Positions 39,241 through 49,777 of a stretch of DNA of 64,000 nucleotides are shown here, piece after piece. The position numbers were made by a program, and so were the translations under genes. Location: IMG/VR virus record IMGVR_UViG_3300040811_000687; one strand, written 5' to 3'. This stretch comes from a virus. The first letter of the stretch is position 1. Each line of letters opens with the position of its first letter. The notes under the pieces are model-generated. The model had not been told where the DNA came from and did not search any database. It was given only the letters and a program-made list of their open reading frames with translations.

Positions 39241-40761
39241 ATGGCAGAGTTTTTTGGATTTAAGATTACACGAGATAAACCTAAATCCGATCCAAAACAA
39301 AACTTTAGTACACCACAAGCAGAGGACGGTACACAAGTAGTCGCTGCTGGAGGGTATTTTGCGTCTCACCTTGACATGGAAGGAAACGCAAAGACTGAAG
39401 CGGATCTAATAAGAAGATACAGAGAAATTTCAATACATCCAGAATGTGATATGGCGATTGAGGATATTGTCAATGAGGCAATAGTTTCAAACGAAAATAA
39501 ACAGGCTGTTAGATTAATGACAGATAATGTTCCTTACAGTAGGGATATTAAGAGAAGACTTGAAGAAGAATTTACAGAGATATTAAGATTACTACAATTC
39601 AACAGTAGAGGCCACGAGTTGTTTAGACGTTGGTATGTTGATGGTAGAATATACTTTCAAAAGATAATTGATACAGAATCAGGTAAGAAAGGTATTACAG
39701 AATTAAAATATCTTGATCCTCGGAAAATCAAAAAAATCAGAGAAGTAAGAAAGAGAAGACCTGACGGAGTTGCTCCATCGGCTACGAATTTAGTAGACGA
39801 AACTATGGAATACTTTTTGTATAATGAAAGAGGTGTAGGTGGTGCTAGTTTACAAGGTATTAAAATTGCCGTAGACACTATCGCATTTTGTCCATCAGGA
39901 TTAATAGATCAAAACAAAAATTTAATTTTATCGTTTTTACATAAAGCAATTAAACCAGTTAATCAATTAAGAATGATTGAAGACGCTGCTGTTATTTACA
40001 GAATAGCAAGAGCGCCTGAAAGACGTATATTCAAAATTGATGTTGGTAATTTGCCTAAAATGAAAGCTGAACAATATTTAAGAGACGTTATGGCAAGATA
40101 CAGAAACAAACTTGTATATGACGCAGCTACTGGTGAAATCAGAGACGATAGAAATTATATGTCAATGTTAGAAGACTTTTGGTTACCAAGCAGAGAGGGT
40201 GGTAGAGGTACAGATATTACTACTTTACCAGGTGGTCAGAATTTAGGTGAGATTACAGACATAGAATACTTTAGAGCAAAACTTTATAGATCATTGAATG
40301 TACCTTCAAGTAGATTAGAAGCTTCAACAGGTTTTAATTTAGGAAGATCAACAGAAATAACAAGAGACGAATTAAAATTTACTAAATTTGTTCAAAAATT
40401 AAGAAAAAAATTTATTGAACTATTTAATGATATTTTAAAAACACAATTAATATTAAAAGGAATCATTGCTGAAGAAGAATGGCCAATGATTAGAGATAAT
40501 ATTTTTTATGATTTTTTACAAGACGGTCACTTTGCAGAATTAAAGCAGGCTGAAATGTTAAAAGATAGAATACAACTGGCTAACGATGTAAGAGATTATG
40601 TTGGTAAGTATTTTTCAGTTGAGTATGTTAGAAAAAATATACTAAAACAATCTGATCAAGATATAGAGAAGATTGATAGTCAAATCAAAAAAGAAATTGA
40701 CGATGGAATTATATCATCACCACAAGATCAGGTTGTTGATAGTGAGGATTCGTTCAATTAA
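39241..40761 (+). CDS. gp20: portal protein gp20
   Basis: RRWYVDGR, YRIARAPERRIFKIDVGNLP, EDFWLPSREGGRGT. Confidence 0.97.
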   Translation: MAEFFGFKITRDKPKSDPKQNFSTPQAEDGTQVVAAGGYFASHLDMEGNAKTEADLIRRYREISIHPECDMAIEDIVNEAIVSNENKQAVRLMTDNVPYSRDIKRRLEEEFTEILRLLQFNSRGHELFRRWYVDGRIYFQKIIDTESGKKGITELKYLDPRKIKKIREVRKRRPDGVAPSATNLVDETMEYFLYNERGVGGASLQGIKIAVDTIAFCPSGLIDQNKNLILSFLHKAIKPVNQLRMIEDAAVIYRIARAPERRIFKIDVGNLPKMKAEQYLRDVMARYRNKLVYDAATGEIRDDRNYMSMLEDFWLPSREGGRGTDITTLPGGQNLGEITDIEYFRAKLYRSLNVPSSRLEASTGFNLGRSTEITRDELKFTKFVQKLRKKFIELFNDILKTQLILKGIIAEEEWPMIRDNIFYDFLQDGHFAELKQAEMLKDRIQLANDVRDYVGKYFSVEYVRKNILKQSDQDIEKIDSQIKKEIDDGIISSPQDQVVDSEDSFN

Positions 40762-40781
40762 TAAATTAATGGAGAACAATT

Positions 40782-41117
40782 ATGAGTAGTGAAGTAAAAA
40801 ACTTTATAGATAAATTAAGTGCCGGTAAAAACGCAGAAGCCGGTGACGCTTTTAAAGACGCATTAAGAACAAAAGTAGGTGACGCATTAGACCAGAAAAG
40901 ACAAGATGTTGCTGGCAATATGTTTAACGCAATTGGTGATAAAAAACCTGAAGTAGCAACTCCAGGACAATTCAATCAAGACGGAACAATTACAAATGCC
41001 GATGGTACACCAGGTCAAACAGGTGCAGAAATGTCAGCAGCTACGGCTCCTGAAGTAACAGAACCATCTGTTGATTTAGCGCCAGAAACACCAGCAGTTG
41101 ATACACCAGAGGTATAA
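40782..41117 (+). CDS. prohead core protein (gp67-like)
   Basis: Position after the portal; small acidic protein. Confidence 0.55.
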   Translation: MSSEVKNFIDKLSAGKNAEAGDAFKDALRTKVGDALDQKRQDVAGNMFNAIGDKKPEVATPGQFNQDGTITNADGTPGQTGAEMSAATAPEVTEPSVDLAPETPAVDTPEV

Positions 41118-41121
41118 TTAA

Positions 41122-41388
41122 ATGTTAAGAGTAAGTGACATTGTAGAAGAACAAAAACTATTTAATAGTAATGCATTTAAACAATTAACTCCTGTTTTAC
41201 AAGACGCTGTTAAACAAATATACAAAACTATAGAAGAAGACGAAAATATTACTGTTGATAATTTGGCAGAAAAATTTGAACTTGCTGTAGATAATGTTGC
41301 TACTATTAACACGATAGAAAAAGAACAATTAGAGGGTTATTTTGATGATGAAATAACTGAACAATTAGAGAAATTAGGAGAAGAATAA
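41122..41388 (+). CDS. small acidic head-module protein (possibly gp68-like)
   Basis: Position between gp20 and gp21; GAGGT SD. Confidence 0.45.
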   Translation: MLRVSDIVEEQKLFNSNAFKQLTPVLQDAVKQIYKTIEEDENITVDNLAEKFELAVDNVATINTIEKEQLEGYFDDEITEQLEKLGEE

Positions 41389-41780
41389 TGGCAGATACAG
41401 TTACAACTCAAACCATATCAGATACATCTGGTATAAAGTATGTAGTTAAATTGACTAACATATCAGATGGTACTGGAGAAACTTTAGTAAAAAAAATAGA
41501 CGCTTCAGCGTTAACTTTTATGACCGAAGATGGTAATAGAAAGTTAAGTAAGATATGGTATTCAGTAAATACTAACAATAATAAATCAGCAGTTGAGTTG
41601 TTATGGGACGGTACTGTAAATTCTACAATTGTTTTTTTATCTGGAAATGGTCATTGGGATTTAAGAACTTCTGGAAATGAGATTGGTAACAATTCTACAA
41701 CGCCTACAGGTGACGTGTTGTTATCCACTAAAAATTTTGCAGCTGGAGATAATTATACGATTTTACTAGAGTTTAGATAA
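41388..41780 (+). CDS. hypothetical virion protein
   Basis: 130-aa ORF in the head module; AGGAG SD. Confidence 0.6.
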   Translation: MADTVTTQTISDTSGIKYVVKLTNISDGTGETLVKKIDASALTFMTEDGNRKLSKIWYSVNTNNNKSAVELLWDGTVNSTIVFLSGNGHWDLRTSGNEIGNNSTTPTGDVLLSTKNFAAGDNYTILLEFR

Positions 41781-41824
41781 AAATTATTATAAATATAAGG
41801 AAGTTTTAAACATAGAGGGAATTT

Positions 41825-42469
41825 ATGAAATTAATATCTGAAGAAGTAACAAACGCAGAATATATCGTTGAAGAAAACAACGGTAAAAAGAATTACAAAA
41901 TTAGAGGAATCTTCTTACAATCTGAAATCAAAAATAGAAATGGACGAGTATATGAAAAAGAGATTTTAGAGAAAGAAGTAAGAAGATATAACGCAGAATT
42001 TATTAATAAAAAAAGAGCATTTGGTGAACTTGGACATCCAGACAGTCCAACAGTAAATTTAGAGAGAGTGTCACATATGATTACTACTCTTTATCCAGAT
42101 GGTACTAATTTTATTGGTGAAGCTAAGATAATGAACACACCTTACGGTAAGATTGTAAAAGGTCTTATTGACGAAGGCGCTCAATTGGGTGTATCATCTA
42201 GAGGTATGGGTTCTTTATCACAAAGAGGTGGTGTTAATTATGTAGGTAGAGATTTTTATTTAGCTACAGCCGCTGACATTGTTGCAGATCCAAGCGCTCC
42301 AGACGCTTTCGTAGAAGGCATAATGGAGAACAAAAACTGGGTATGGGACAATGGCGTTCTTGTTGAAAAGGACATTAGTGACTGGAAGACAAGTATTGAA
42401 AGAGCTAAAAGTATTGCCTTAGCAGAAGCTAAAGCAAAAGTCTTTAAGGACTTTCTTAAAAAACTCTAG
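41825..42469 (+). CDS. gp21: prohead protease gp21
   Basis: NRNGRVY, GELGHP, GVSSRGMGS, DIVADPSAPDAFV; TATAAATA at 41788. Confidence 0.96.
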   Translation: MKLISEEVTNAEYIVEENNGKKNYKIRGIFLQSEIKNRNGRVYEKEILEKEVRRYNAEFINKKRAFGELGHPDSPTVNLERVSHMITTLYPDGTNFIGEAKIMNTPYGKIVKGLIDEGAQLGVSSRGMGSLSQRGGVNYVGRDFYLATAADIVADPSAPDAFVEGIMENKNWVWDNGVLVEKDISDWKTSIERAKSIALAEAKAKVFKDFLKKL

Positions 42470-42537
42470 TTTTATAAATATAACACGAGAATTTATAACT
42501 AGTTAAAGAATAAAATAAATAATAAGGAGATATCTCA

Positions 42538-43728
42538 ATGTCAGAAAACTTAAAGAACATTGAAGCAACAACAGATCAAAATACGGCAGTAGCTGAAAAT
42601 GCTAACCCGAATGCTGATCTACCGAAAAAGAACGCTGTAGCGTCTGAACCAACTCATCTGAAAAACGATGCTGAGGATTTAGGTGCAGCTGTAGTTAAAC
42701 CTACAGATAGCAATCCGGATGCTTCAAAATCAACTAAAGAAGTTTCTGGTCAGGCTCCTCAAAAATCTGAAGGTGCTCCCGAAGCTATGCCAAAATTAGC
42801 AGGACACAATACGAAATTAGAGTCTACAGAAACAAAAGCTGACGATAAAGAAACAGTTAAAGAAGGCGAAATGCCAGCTGGTCTGAAAAAATACCTTGAC
42901 AAGAAAAATGACAAGGAAGCTGATACTAAAAAAGAAGAAGTTGAAGCGAAAAAAGAAGACGAGAAGGCAGAGAACAAAGAGAAAGACATAGACGTAAAAG
43001 AACATGTTGAAGCTCTTGTTGCTGGAAATGCTGACTTATCGGAAGAATTTAAAGACAAAGCCGCAACTATTTTTGAAACAGCAATTAAATCTAAAGTAAA
43101 AGAAATCGCTGAAGAAATGGAAACGGATTACAATAAAAGATTCGAGGAAGAAACCTCTACAGCAAAAGCTGAGTTAGTGGAAAAAGTTGATTCTTACCTA
43201 TCATACGTGGTAGAAGAATGGATGAAAGAAAACGAACTTGCTTTAGAAAGAGGAATCAAAGGCGAAATCGCTGAGGACTTCATAAGTGGTTTGAAAAAAC
43301 TATTTGAAGATCACTACATTGATGTTCCAGACGAAAAATATAATGTGTTAGAAGATCAAGCTTCAAAAATTGAAACGTTAGAAAAAAAACTTAACGAGTC
43401 AATAGAGAAGAATGTTGAATTAAGTAAGTTAGGTAATAAGTACAAAGCAGCTGAAATTTTAGATGAAGCTTCTAAAGACTTAACTGAAACTGCAAAAGAA
43501 AAATTCAACAAACTTGCTGAAGAAGTAGATTATTCAACAGAAGCAGATTACAGAGAAAAAGTTAAGACAATTAAAGAGTCTTACTTTAAATCCAAAGACG
43601 TTTCTGGTGACGGTATAGATGAAGTAGCGGCTGGCGAAGGAACTCCTAACGAGGACCTAAGCAATGCGATGGCTGCTTATAGTGCCGCTATAAGTCAAAC
43701 AAAAGACATTAAATTGTCTAACAAATAA
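42538..43728 (+). CDS. gp22: prohead scaffold protein gp22
   Basis: LSEEFKDKAATIFE, YLSYVVEEWM; TATAAATA at 42473. Confidence 0.93.
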   Translation: MSENLKNIEATTDQNTAVAENANPNADLPKKNAVASEPTHLKNDAEDLGAAVVKPTDSNPDASKSTKEVSGQAPQKSEGAPEAMPKLAGHNTKLESTETKADDKETVKEGEMPAGLKKYLDKKNDKEADTKKEEVEAKKEDEKAENKEKDIDVKEHVEALVAGNADLSEEFKDKAATIFETAIKSKVKEIAEEMETDYNKRFEEETSTAKAELVEKVDSYLSYVVEEWMKENELALERGIKGEIAEDFISGLKKLFEDHYIDVPDEKYNVLEDQASKIETLEKKLNESIEKNVELSKLGNKYKAAEILDEASKDLTETAKEKFNKLAEEVDYSTEADYREKVKTIKESYFKSKDVSGDGIDEVAAGEGTPNEDLSNAMAAYSAAISQTKDIKLSNK

Positions 43729-43750
43729 TAATAATAGGGAGATAAAAAAC

Positions 43751-45085
43751 ATGTATTTATCAGAACAATACGAAAAAAAATGGCAGCCAGTTTTAGAGCA
43801 TCCTGATTTACCAAAAATCGGTGATTCTTACAAACGTGCCGTTACTGCTACGATCTTGGAAAACCAAGAAAGAGCTATGAAGGAAGACAGCGCATTTATG
43901 ACTGAAGCTGCTCCTACAAACAATACTGGTGGAACTTCAAATTGGGATCCAATTTTAATTTCATTAGTAAGAAGAGCAATGCCAAACCTTATCGCTTACG
44001 ATATTGCTGGTGTTCAACCAATGACTGGTCCAACTGGACTTATTTTCGCAATGAGATCAAGATATACTTCAGCAACTGGAGCAGAAGCTCTATTTGACGA
44101 AGCTGATACTGATTACTCATCTAGAAATGCTGCTGGTGATTCAAACGCATATGACGGAGTAACTGAGCACAGAGGATCTAATCCATCTGTACTTAATGAC
44201 TCACCTGCTGGCGAATACACTAGAGGTCAAGGTATGACAACTGCTGAAGCTGAGGCTTTAGGCGACGCTTCTGCTAATCAGTTTGCTGAAATGGCTTTCT
44301 CAATTGAGAAAACTACAGTGACTGCAAGAAGCAGAGCTCTTAAAGCAGAATACACTATGGAACTTGCTCAAGATTTAAAAGCAATCCACGGTTTAGACGC
44401 TGAAACTGAATTAGCAAACATTCTATCTGCTGAAATCCTTGCGGAAATCAACAGAGAAGTTGTTAGATCAGTTTACATCAATTCAGAAAAAGGCGCTGCT
44501 ACAAACACAACTACTGCTGGTGTATTTGATTTAGATACAGACTCTAACGGTAGATGGTCAGTTGAGAGATTTAAAGGTCTTATGTTCCAATTGGAAAGAG
44601 ACGCAAACAGAATCGCTCAAAGAACAAGAAGAGGTAAAGGGAACATGATTATTTGTTCTGCTGATGTCGCTTCTGCTCTACAAATGGCTGGTGTTTTAGA
44701 TTACACGCCTGCTTTAAACAACAATCTAAACGTTGATGACACTGGTTCAACATTCGCTGGTGTATTAAACGGTAGATTCAAAGTATACATTGATCCATAT
44801 AGTGCAAACTCAAGCGCTAACCAATACTACGTTGTTGGTTACAAAGGTACTTCACCTTATGACGCTGGTATGTTCTATTGTCCATATGTTCCACTACAAA
44901 TGGTGAGAGCAGTTGGTCAAGATACTTTCCAACCAAAAATTGGTTTCAAAACTAGATACGGTTTAGTTGCGAATCCTTTTGCGGAAACTGGTGCTGCTTC
45001 GGGTGCGGTTACAGGAATCACTGATTCAGGTACACCTAACTCAAACAGATACTACCAAAAAGTTAAAGTAGCAAACATCATGTAA
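43751..45085 (+). CDS. gp23: major capsid protein gp23
   Basis: GVQPMTGPTGLIFAMR, KAEYTMELAQDLKAIHGLDAE, FQPKIGFKTRYG. Confidence 0.98.
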   Translation: MYLSEQYEKKWQPVLEHPDLPKIGDSYKRAVTATILENQERAMKEDSAFMTEAAPTNNTGGTSNWDPILISLVRRAMPNLIAYDIAGVQPMTGPTGLIFAMRSRYTSATGAEALFDEADTDYSSRNAAGDSNAYDGVTEHRGSNPSVLNDSPAGEYTRGQGMTTAEAEALGDASANQFAEMAFSIEKTTVTARSRALKAEYTMELAQDLKAIHGLDAETELANILSAEILAEINREVVRSVYINSEKGAATNTTTAGVFDLDTDSNGRWSVERFKGLMFQLERDANRIAQRTRRGKGNMIICSADVASALQMAGVLDYTPALNNNLNVDDTGSTFAGVLNGRFKVYIDPYSANSSANQYYVVGYKGTSPYDAGMFYCPYVPLQMVRAVGQDTFQPKIGFKTRYGLVANPFAETGAASGAVTGITDSGTPNSNRYYQKVKVANIM

Positions 45086-45107
45086 TACGTTGTTTAGACG
45101 TTTTATT

Positions 45108-45138
45108 AAAAAAGGGGGCTTCGGTCCCCTTTTTTTTT
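45108..45138 (+). terminator. Rho-independent terminator after gp23
   Basis: AAAGGGGGC-TTCG-GTCCCCTTT followed by a T run. Confidence 0.9.
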
Positions 45139-45165
45139 GGTCCTAATAATGGGATAAATAAAAGT

Positions 45166-45927
45166 ATGGAAAAAGTAATTATAGATGATAATGGTAATGA
45201 AATAACTGATGGTATGAAAATTAAAAGATCAGAATGGAATCTTTTACCTAATAAAAATAAAGTATATAAATCAACAAAAGTTAATTTAGATTTATCACAT
45301 AGATGTCCTTTAGAGTGTTTACGTTGTCCTAGACAAACGTATGATTATAAAGGTAAAATTCAATATAGAGGTGAATTAAAAAAAGAAGGTCTAAAAAAGA
45401 AACCAGTACCAGGCAGAGATATAACAATGGAAGAATTTGATAAAATTACAGATTATTTTGCTACGATACAATTTTGTGGACAATATTCTGATCCTATACA
45501 TCATCCACATTTTATTGATATGTTAAAAATGATAAAAAGAAAAGGTTTAAGAAGTCAAGTACATTGTGCCTCTAATTATAAATCAGACGAATGGTTTAAA
45601 GAAGCATTTGAGGCCTGTCCTGAAGCACAATGGTGGTTTGGTATAGATGGATTACCTAAAGATAGTCACAAGTATAGAATAAATCAAGATGGTGAAATGC
45701 ATTTTAAAAGATTAAAAATGGCAAGACAGATATTAACTAGAAAACCTATATGGCAATATATTGTTTTTAGTTACAATCAACATGATATAGAAAAGGCTAT
45801 GAAAATGGCTGAAGATATAGATGTTATTTTTAGTGTCATAAACAGTGGTAGGTGGGACAACAAAGGTCCAGATAAACTAGCTCCTACAAACGGAAAAGGA
45901 ATTAAAGCAAATGAATATGAAAAATAA
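45166..45927 (+). CDS. radical SAM protein (core only), paralogue of 13821..14513
   Basis: NLDLSHRCPLECLRC, FCGQYSDP, GIDGLPKDSHKYR; GATAAATA 5 nt before the ATG. Confidence 0.9.
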   Translation: MEKVIIDDNGNEITDGMKIKRSEWNLLPNKNKVYKSTKVNLDLSHRCPLECLRCPRQTYDYKGKIQYRGELKKEGLKKKPVPGRDITMEEFDKITDYFATIQFCGQYSDPIHHPHFIDMLKMIKRKGLRSQVHCASNYKSDEWFKEAFEACPEAQWWFGIDGLPKDSHKYRINQDGEMHFKRLKMARQILTRKPIWQYIVFSYNQHDIEKAMKMAEDIDVIFSVINSGRWDNKGPDKLAPTNGKGIKANEYEK

Positions 45928-46381
45928 AATTAAATTTAATTTTCCACACGTAAGCGAATATGAAGAAAAAGGAAAAATAGGAACTAATCATACTAAACTA
46001 TATGATGATGACGGTAATATAATATCAGATGAAGAAAATGGTATCAAAAGCAATGTTGGAATAAAACCTATGTGCATTAGAGGAAACATGAACTTGGCCG
46101 TAACTAATAGAGGTCAATTATTACCTTGTTGTAAATGTGATACTCATAGAATGATGAAAGATCCGGAGTTTAAAAAATTAGTGGATAATAGTTATCTTAC
46201 AGATTATGATAGTGTAAATGACCTATTGAATAATGATTATTACAAAGCCTTTCAAGAGTCATTAGAACGCAATAGAGGTCCTTTTGCTTGTTGGGATCTT
46301 TGTAGAACTAATAAAGAAAAAGGTAGACAAGAAATGACAGTAGCCGTAAAAGGTGAATTAAAAATATGGGAAAGAAAATAA
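45911..46381 (+). CDS. stand-alone SPASM-like Fe-S domain protein
   Basis: PMC...AVTNRGQLLPCCKCD...CWDLC. Confidence 0.75.
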   Translation: MNMKNKIKFNFPHVSEYEEKGKIGTNHTKLYDDDGNIISDEENGIKSNVGIKPMCIRGNMNLAVTNRGQLLPCCKCDTHRMMKDPEFKKLVDNSYLTDYDSVNDLLNNDYYKAFQESLERNRGPFACWDLCRTNKEKGRQEMTVAVKGELKIWERK

Positions 46382-46394
46382 TATAAATAGTAGT

Positions 46395-46646
46395 ATGAAA
46401 AATTTATTAAGATCAATATTAGGTATATTAGTAGTAATAGTATGTATTAAAGTTTTTGCTTTATTCGTATTCTTATGTTATATTGGTTTTTTTGTACCCG
46501 AATCACCAAATCCTCTAGAAAGTATTGAAGATAAAATAGAACAGGTTGAGAAAAAAGAACGTGTTTTAACTGAAAACGAAAAAGAATTAGAGAAGAAATC
46601 TACAGAAAAAGACTGGGATGAAGTAGATAAGGAACGTAATAAATAG
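46395..46646 (+). CDS. small membrane protein
   Basis: Long N-terminal hydrophobic segment, charged C-terminus; TATAAATA at 46382. Confidence 0.65.
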   Translation: MKNLLRSILGILVVIVCIKVFALFVFLCYIGFFVPESPNPLESIEDKIEQVEKKERVLTENEKELEKKSTEKDWDEVDKERNK

Positions 46647-46650
46647 TATT

Positions 46651-47271
46651 ATGACAACACTAAAAAACAGACAGCCTACAAAATTAGACTATGCAAGTCC
46701 AACACAATTTAAATTTAGTATAGTTAAATTGCCAAAAGTAGAATATTTTTGTACAGCTGCAACAGTACCTGGAATATCATTAGCCAATACGCCAGCACAA
46801 GTAACACCACTTAAAGATATACCTCTACCTGGTGATAAGTTAGATTATGAAAAACTTGTTTGTACGTTTTTGGTAGATGAAAATTTAGAAAATTATCAAG
46901 AGATACACGGTTGGTTAAGAGGTTTAGGTTTTCCCGAAGATAACAAAGAACATCAAAATCTTTTAGTAAGTGGTAACGATAGATTTCCTGGTAGTACAAG
47001 CAGTGTATTAGGTGAAGCAGGCCGAACAAAATATGCACCACCAAAAACAGGTGGTCTTTTTTCAGATGCTACGTTAAATGTGTTATCAAATAAAAATAAT
47101 TCCGTAATAGAAGTTAGATTTAGAGACGTATTTCCTATTTCTCTAACTGGCCTCTCTTACAACCAACAAGCAACAGATGTTGATTATCTTACGGCAACTG
47201 TTACATTTGATTATAAGATATACGATTTTGCTACTAAAGGTGCAAGTCGGACAACAGTTACAACATCTTAA
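46651..47271 (+). CDS. gp3: tail tube terminator gp3-like protein
   Basis: SPTQFKF...VEYFC...PG, FLVDENLENY, FPISL; synteny before uvsY. Confidence 0.8.
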   Translation: MTTLKNRQPTKLDYASPTQFKFSIVKLPKVEYFCTAATVPGISLANTPAQVTPLKDIPLPGDKLDYEKLVCTFLVDENLENYQEIHGWLRGLGFPEDNKEHQNLLVSGNDRFPGSTSSVLGEAGRTKYAPPKTGGLFSDATLNVLSNKNNSVIEVRFRDVFPISLTGLSYNQQATDVDYLTATVTFDYKIYDFATKGASRTTVTTS

Positions 47272-47313
47272 TAAATAAGACTAGTAACAAAATGAAAGAA
47301 AAGTGGAGATATA

Positions 47314-47742
47314 ATGGACCTAGAACAATTACAAACAGAAGCAGATAAAGATTTAAAGATCAACGATATTGAATTAGATATTGAATCTTTAAAAACACCA
47401 GCGCTACATAACAAGTATTTAAAATATTTAACAAAATTTAAATTACTATTAACACGTGCTGAAGATGAGTACAGAATTGTTAAAAGAGTAAAATGGGAAT
47501 ACTATACAGGCAAAGCCGATCAACAAGTATACGTAGATAGACCTTTTAATTTTAAACTATTAAAGGTAGATGTACCACAATATATTGATTCCGATCCCGA
47601 AGTACAAAAGTTAAATCAAAAAGTAAAATATTTAGAGACGGTTGTTGACTTTTTAGATAGAACTTTAAGACAAATAACTAATAGAACTTTTACTATTAAG
47701 AACGCAATAGACTGGAAAAGATTTACCAGTGGAGCTGTATAG
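47314..47742 (+). CDS. uvsY: recombination mediator UvsY
   Basis: LHNKYL, WEYYTGKA, IKNAIDWKRF. Confidence 0.92.
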   Translation: MDLEQLQTEADKDLKINDIELDIESLKTPALHNKYLKYLTKFKLLLTRAEDEYRIVKRVKWEYYTGKADQQVYVDRPFNFKLLKVDVPQYIDSDPEVQKLNQKVKYLETVVDFLDRTLRQITNRTFTIKNAIDWKRFTSGAV

Positions 47743-48302
47743 TGTATTTAACTAACAACAATTGTATTTCCGTATCAAAGTTTGAACCAGATTATTGTAA
47801 CAAACTAATTGCATTGTGTGATACTTTAAAACTGGAAGAAGCAACTATACAAGACGGCAATGGTAAAAATCGTAGTAGTAGTGTTGCGTGGGTTAAACAA
47901 AATGATGAGTTATATCAATCTATAGAAGAAGTAATTTTTAATCATAATGTAAAAGCAGAATGGAATTTTGATTTAAAAGAATTTGAACCTTTTCAGTATA
48001 CAATATATGAAGAAGGAGACCACTATGATTGGCACATAGATTCACACACTAAGCCTTACCCTAATGGTTTTATTAGAAAGATAAGTTTTACTTTATGTTT
48101 AAATGAAGATTATGAAGGAGGAGAATTTGAAATTGCAAGTTTAAATCCTAAAGGAGTTAATCAAAATATAAAGTTTAAAGATAAATTTACGACAGGTACA
48201 TTGATATCCTTTCCCTCATTTAGTTGGCATAAGGTACATCCGGTAACCAAAGGAACAAGAAAGGTTTTAGTAGGTTGGATTGTAGGTCCTTCTTTCGTGT
48301 AA
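47742..48302 (+). CDS. 2OG-Fe(II) oxygenase (prolyl-4-hydroxylase/PKHD-like)
   Basis: YDWHID, RKISF, YEGGEF, FPSF.WHKV.PVTKGTR. Confidence 0.9.
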   Translation: MYLTNNNCISVSKFEPDYCNKLIALCDTLKLEEATIQDGNGKNRSSSVAWVKQNDELYQSIEEVIFNHNVKAEWNFDLKEFEPFQYTIYEEGDHYDWHIDSHTKPYPNGFIRKISFTLCLNEDYEGGEFEIASLNPKGVNQNIKFKDKFTTGTLISFPSFSWHKVHPVTKGTRKVLVGWIVGPSFV

Positions 48303-49777
48303 TGCCCGATATAAGATACATCATAGTTGACAAGATAAACGATGTCTATTTAAAAGTAGACGCTGACGCCTCTATACGTAGAGAGTTATCAGAGTATTTT
48401 TGTTTTGAGGTGCCAGGTTATAAGTTTGTTCCTGCATATAGGAACAGAGTATGGGACGGAAAAATAAGATTATTTTCTTATGCAACTGGTCAAATATATG
48501 CCGGTTTATATCCTTATATACTTAAATGGTGTGAAGATAATAAAATACAAGTAGTAGATGGTACTAAAACAGTTGATACTAAAGTTGATTTAAAATTAGT
48601 AGAGGCATTTACAAAAGCATTAAAGATACCTTTTGAAGTAAGAGATTATCAAAAAGAGGCATTTATTCATGCAACAACAAAGAGTAGATGTTTATTGTTA
48701 TCTCCAACAGCCTCTGGTAAATCACTTATAGTATATCTATTAGTAAGATTTAATATGTTAAGACTAAAAGAAGAAAAGAAAAAGATACTTATTATAGTAC
48801 CAACAACATCATTAGTAGAACAACTATTCAAAGACTTCAAAGATTATGGTTGGAATCCAGACAAAAACGTACACAAAATATATCAAGGACATGATAAAGA
48901 TACTAATAAAAATGTTATTATATCTACATGGCAATCAATATACAATCAACCAAAAGTATGGTTTAAACAGTTTGGTATGGTCATAGGTGACGAAGCACAC
49001 TTATTTAAGGCAGTTTCACTCACAAAGATAATGACCAAACTAGAAAAATGTAAGTATAGAATAGGTCTTACAGGTACTTTAGATGGTACTAAAACACACA
49101 AGTTGGTGTTAGAAGGATTATTTGGTGTTGTTAATAAGGTTATATCTACAAGTGAATTGCAAGAGAACAAACAATTAGCCGAATTAAAAATTATATGTTT
49201 AGTATTACAACATGACAAAGAAGTAAGACATATGATGAAAGATAAGAACTACCAAGAGGAGATGGATTACTTGGTACGAAATGAAAAAAGAAACAAATAC
49301 ATTAGAAACTTGGCCTCTAGTTTACAAGGAAATACTTTATGTTTATTTCAGTATGTTGAAAAACACGGTGATGAACTTGTAAAAATGATAAAAGAAAAGG
49401 CAGAGGATAAAAATGTATTCTATGTACACGGAGGAGTAGAAACAGATGATAGAGAAAAGATTAGAGAAATTACGGAGAAAAGTGATAACGCCATTATTGT
49501 TGCTAGTTACGGCACTTTTTCAACCGGAATTAATATACGGAATTTGCATAACATTATTTTTGCTAGTCCTTCTAAATCTCGTATAAGAAATTTACAAAGT
49601 ATTGGTAGAGGTTTAAGATTAAAGGACAATGATTCAGCTGCGACTTTATATGATATAGCAGACGACATAAGTTATAAAGACAAAGAAAATTACACGTTAG
49701 CACATTTTCGTGAACGGATAAATATTTACAATGGTGAAGATTTTAATTATGAGATACACAATATAGATTTGAAATGA
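48302..49777 (+). CDS. uvsW: UvsW DNA helicase
   Basis: WDGKIRLF, PTASGKS, GDEAH, QSIGRGLR; ATG 48302 is the likely start. Confidence 0.95.
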   Translation: MPDIRYIIVDKINDVYLKVDADASIRRELSEYFCFEVPGYKFVPAYRNRVWDGKIRLFSYATGQIYAGLYPYILKWCEDNKIQVVDGTKTVDTKVDLKLVEAFTKALKIPFEVRDYQKEAFIHATTKSRCLLLSPTASGKSLIVYLLVRFNMLRLKEEKKKILIIVPTTSLVEQLFKDFKDYGWNPDKNVHKIYQGHDKDTNKNVIISTWQSIYNQPKVWFKQFGMVIGDEAHLFKAVSLTKIMTKLEKCKYRIGLTGTLDGTKTHKLVLEGLFGVVNKVISTSELQENKQLAELKIICLVLQHDKEVRHMMKDKNYQEEMDYLVRNEKRNKYIRNLASSLQGNTLCLFQYVEKHGDELVKMIKEKAEDKNVFYVHGGVETDDREKIREITEKSDNAIIVASYGTFSTGINIRNLHNIIFASPSKSRIRNLQSIGRGLRLKDNDSAATLYDIADDISYKDKENYTLAHFRERINIYNGEDFNYEIHNIDLK

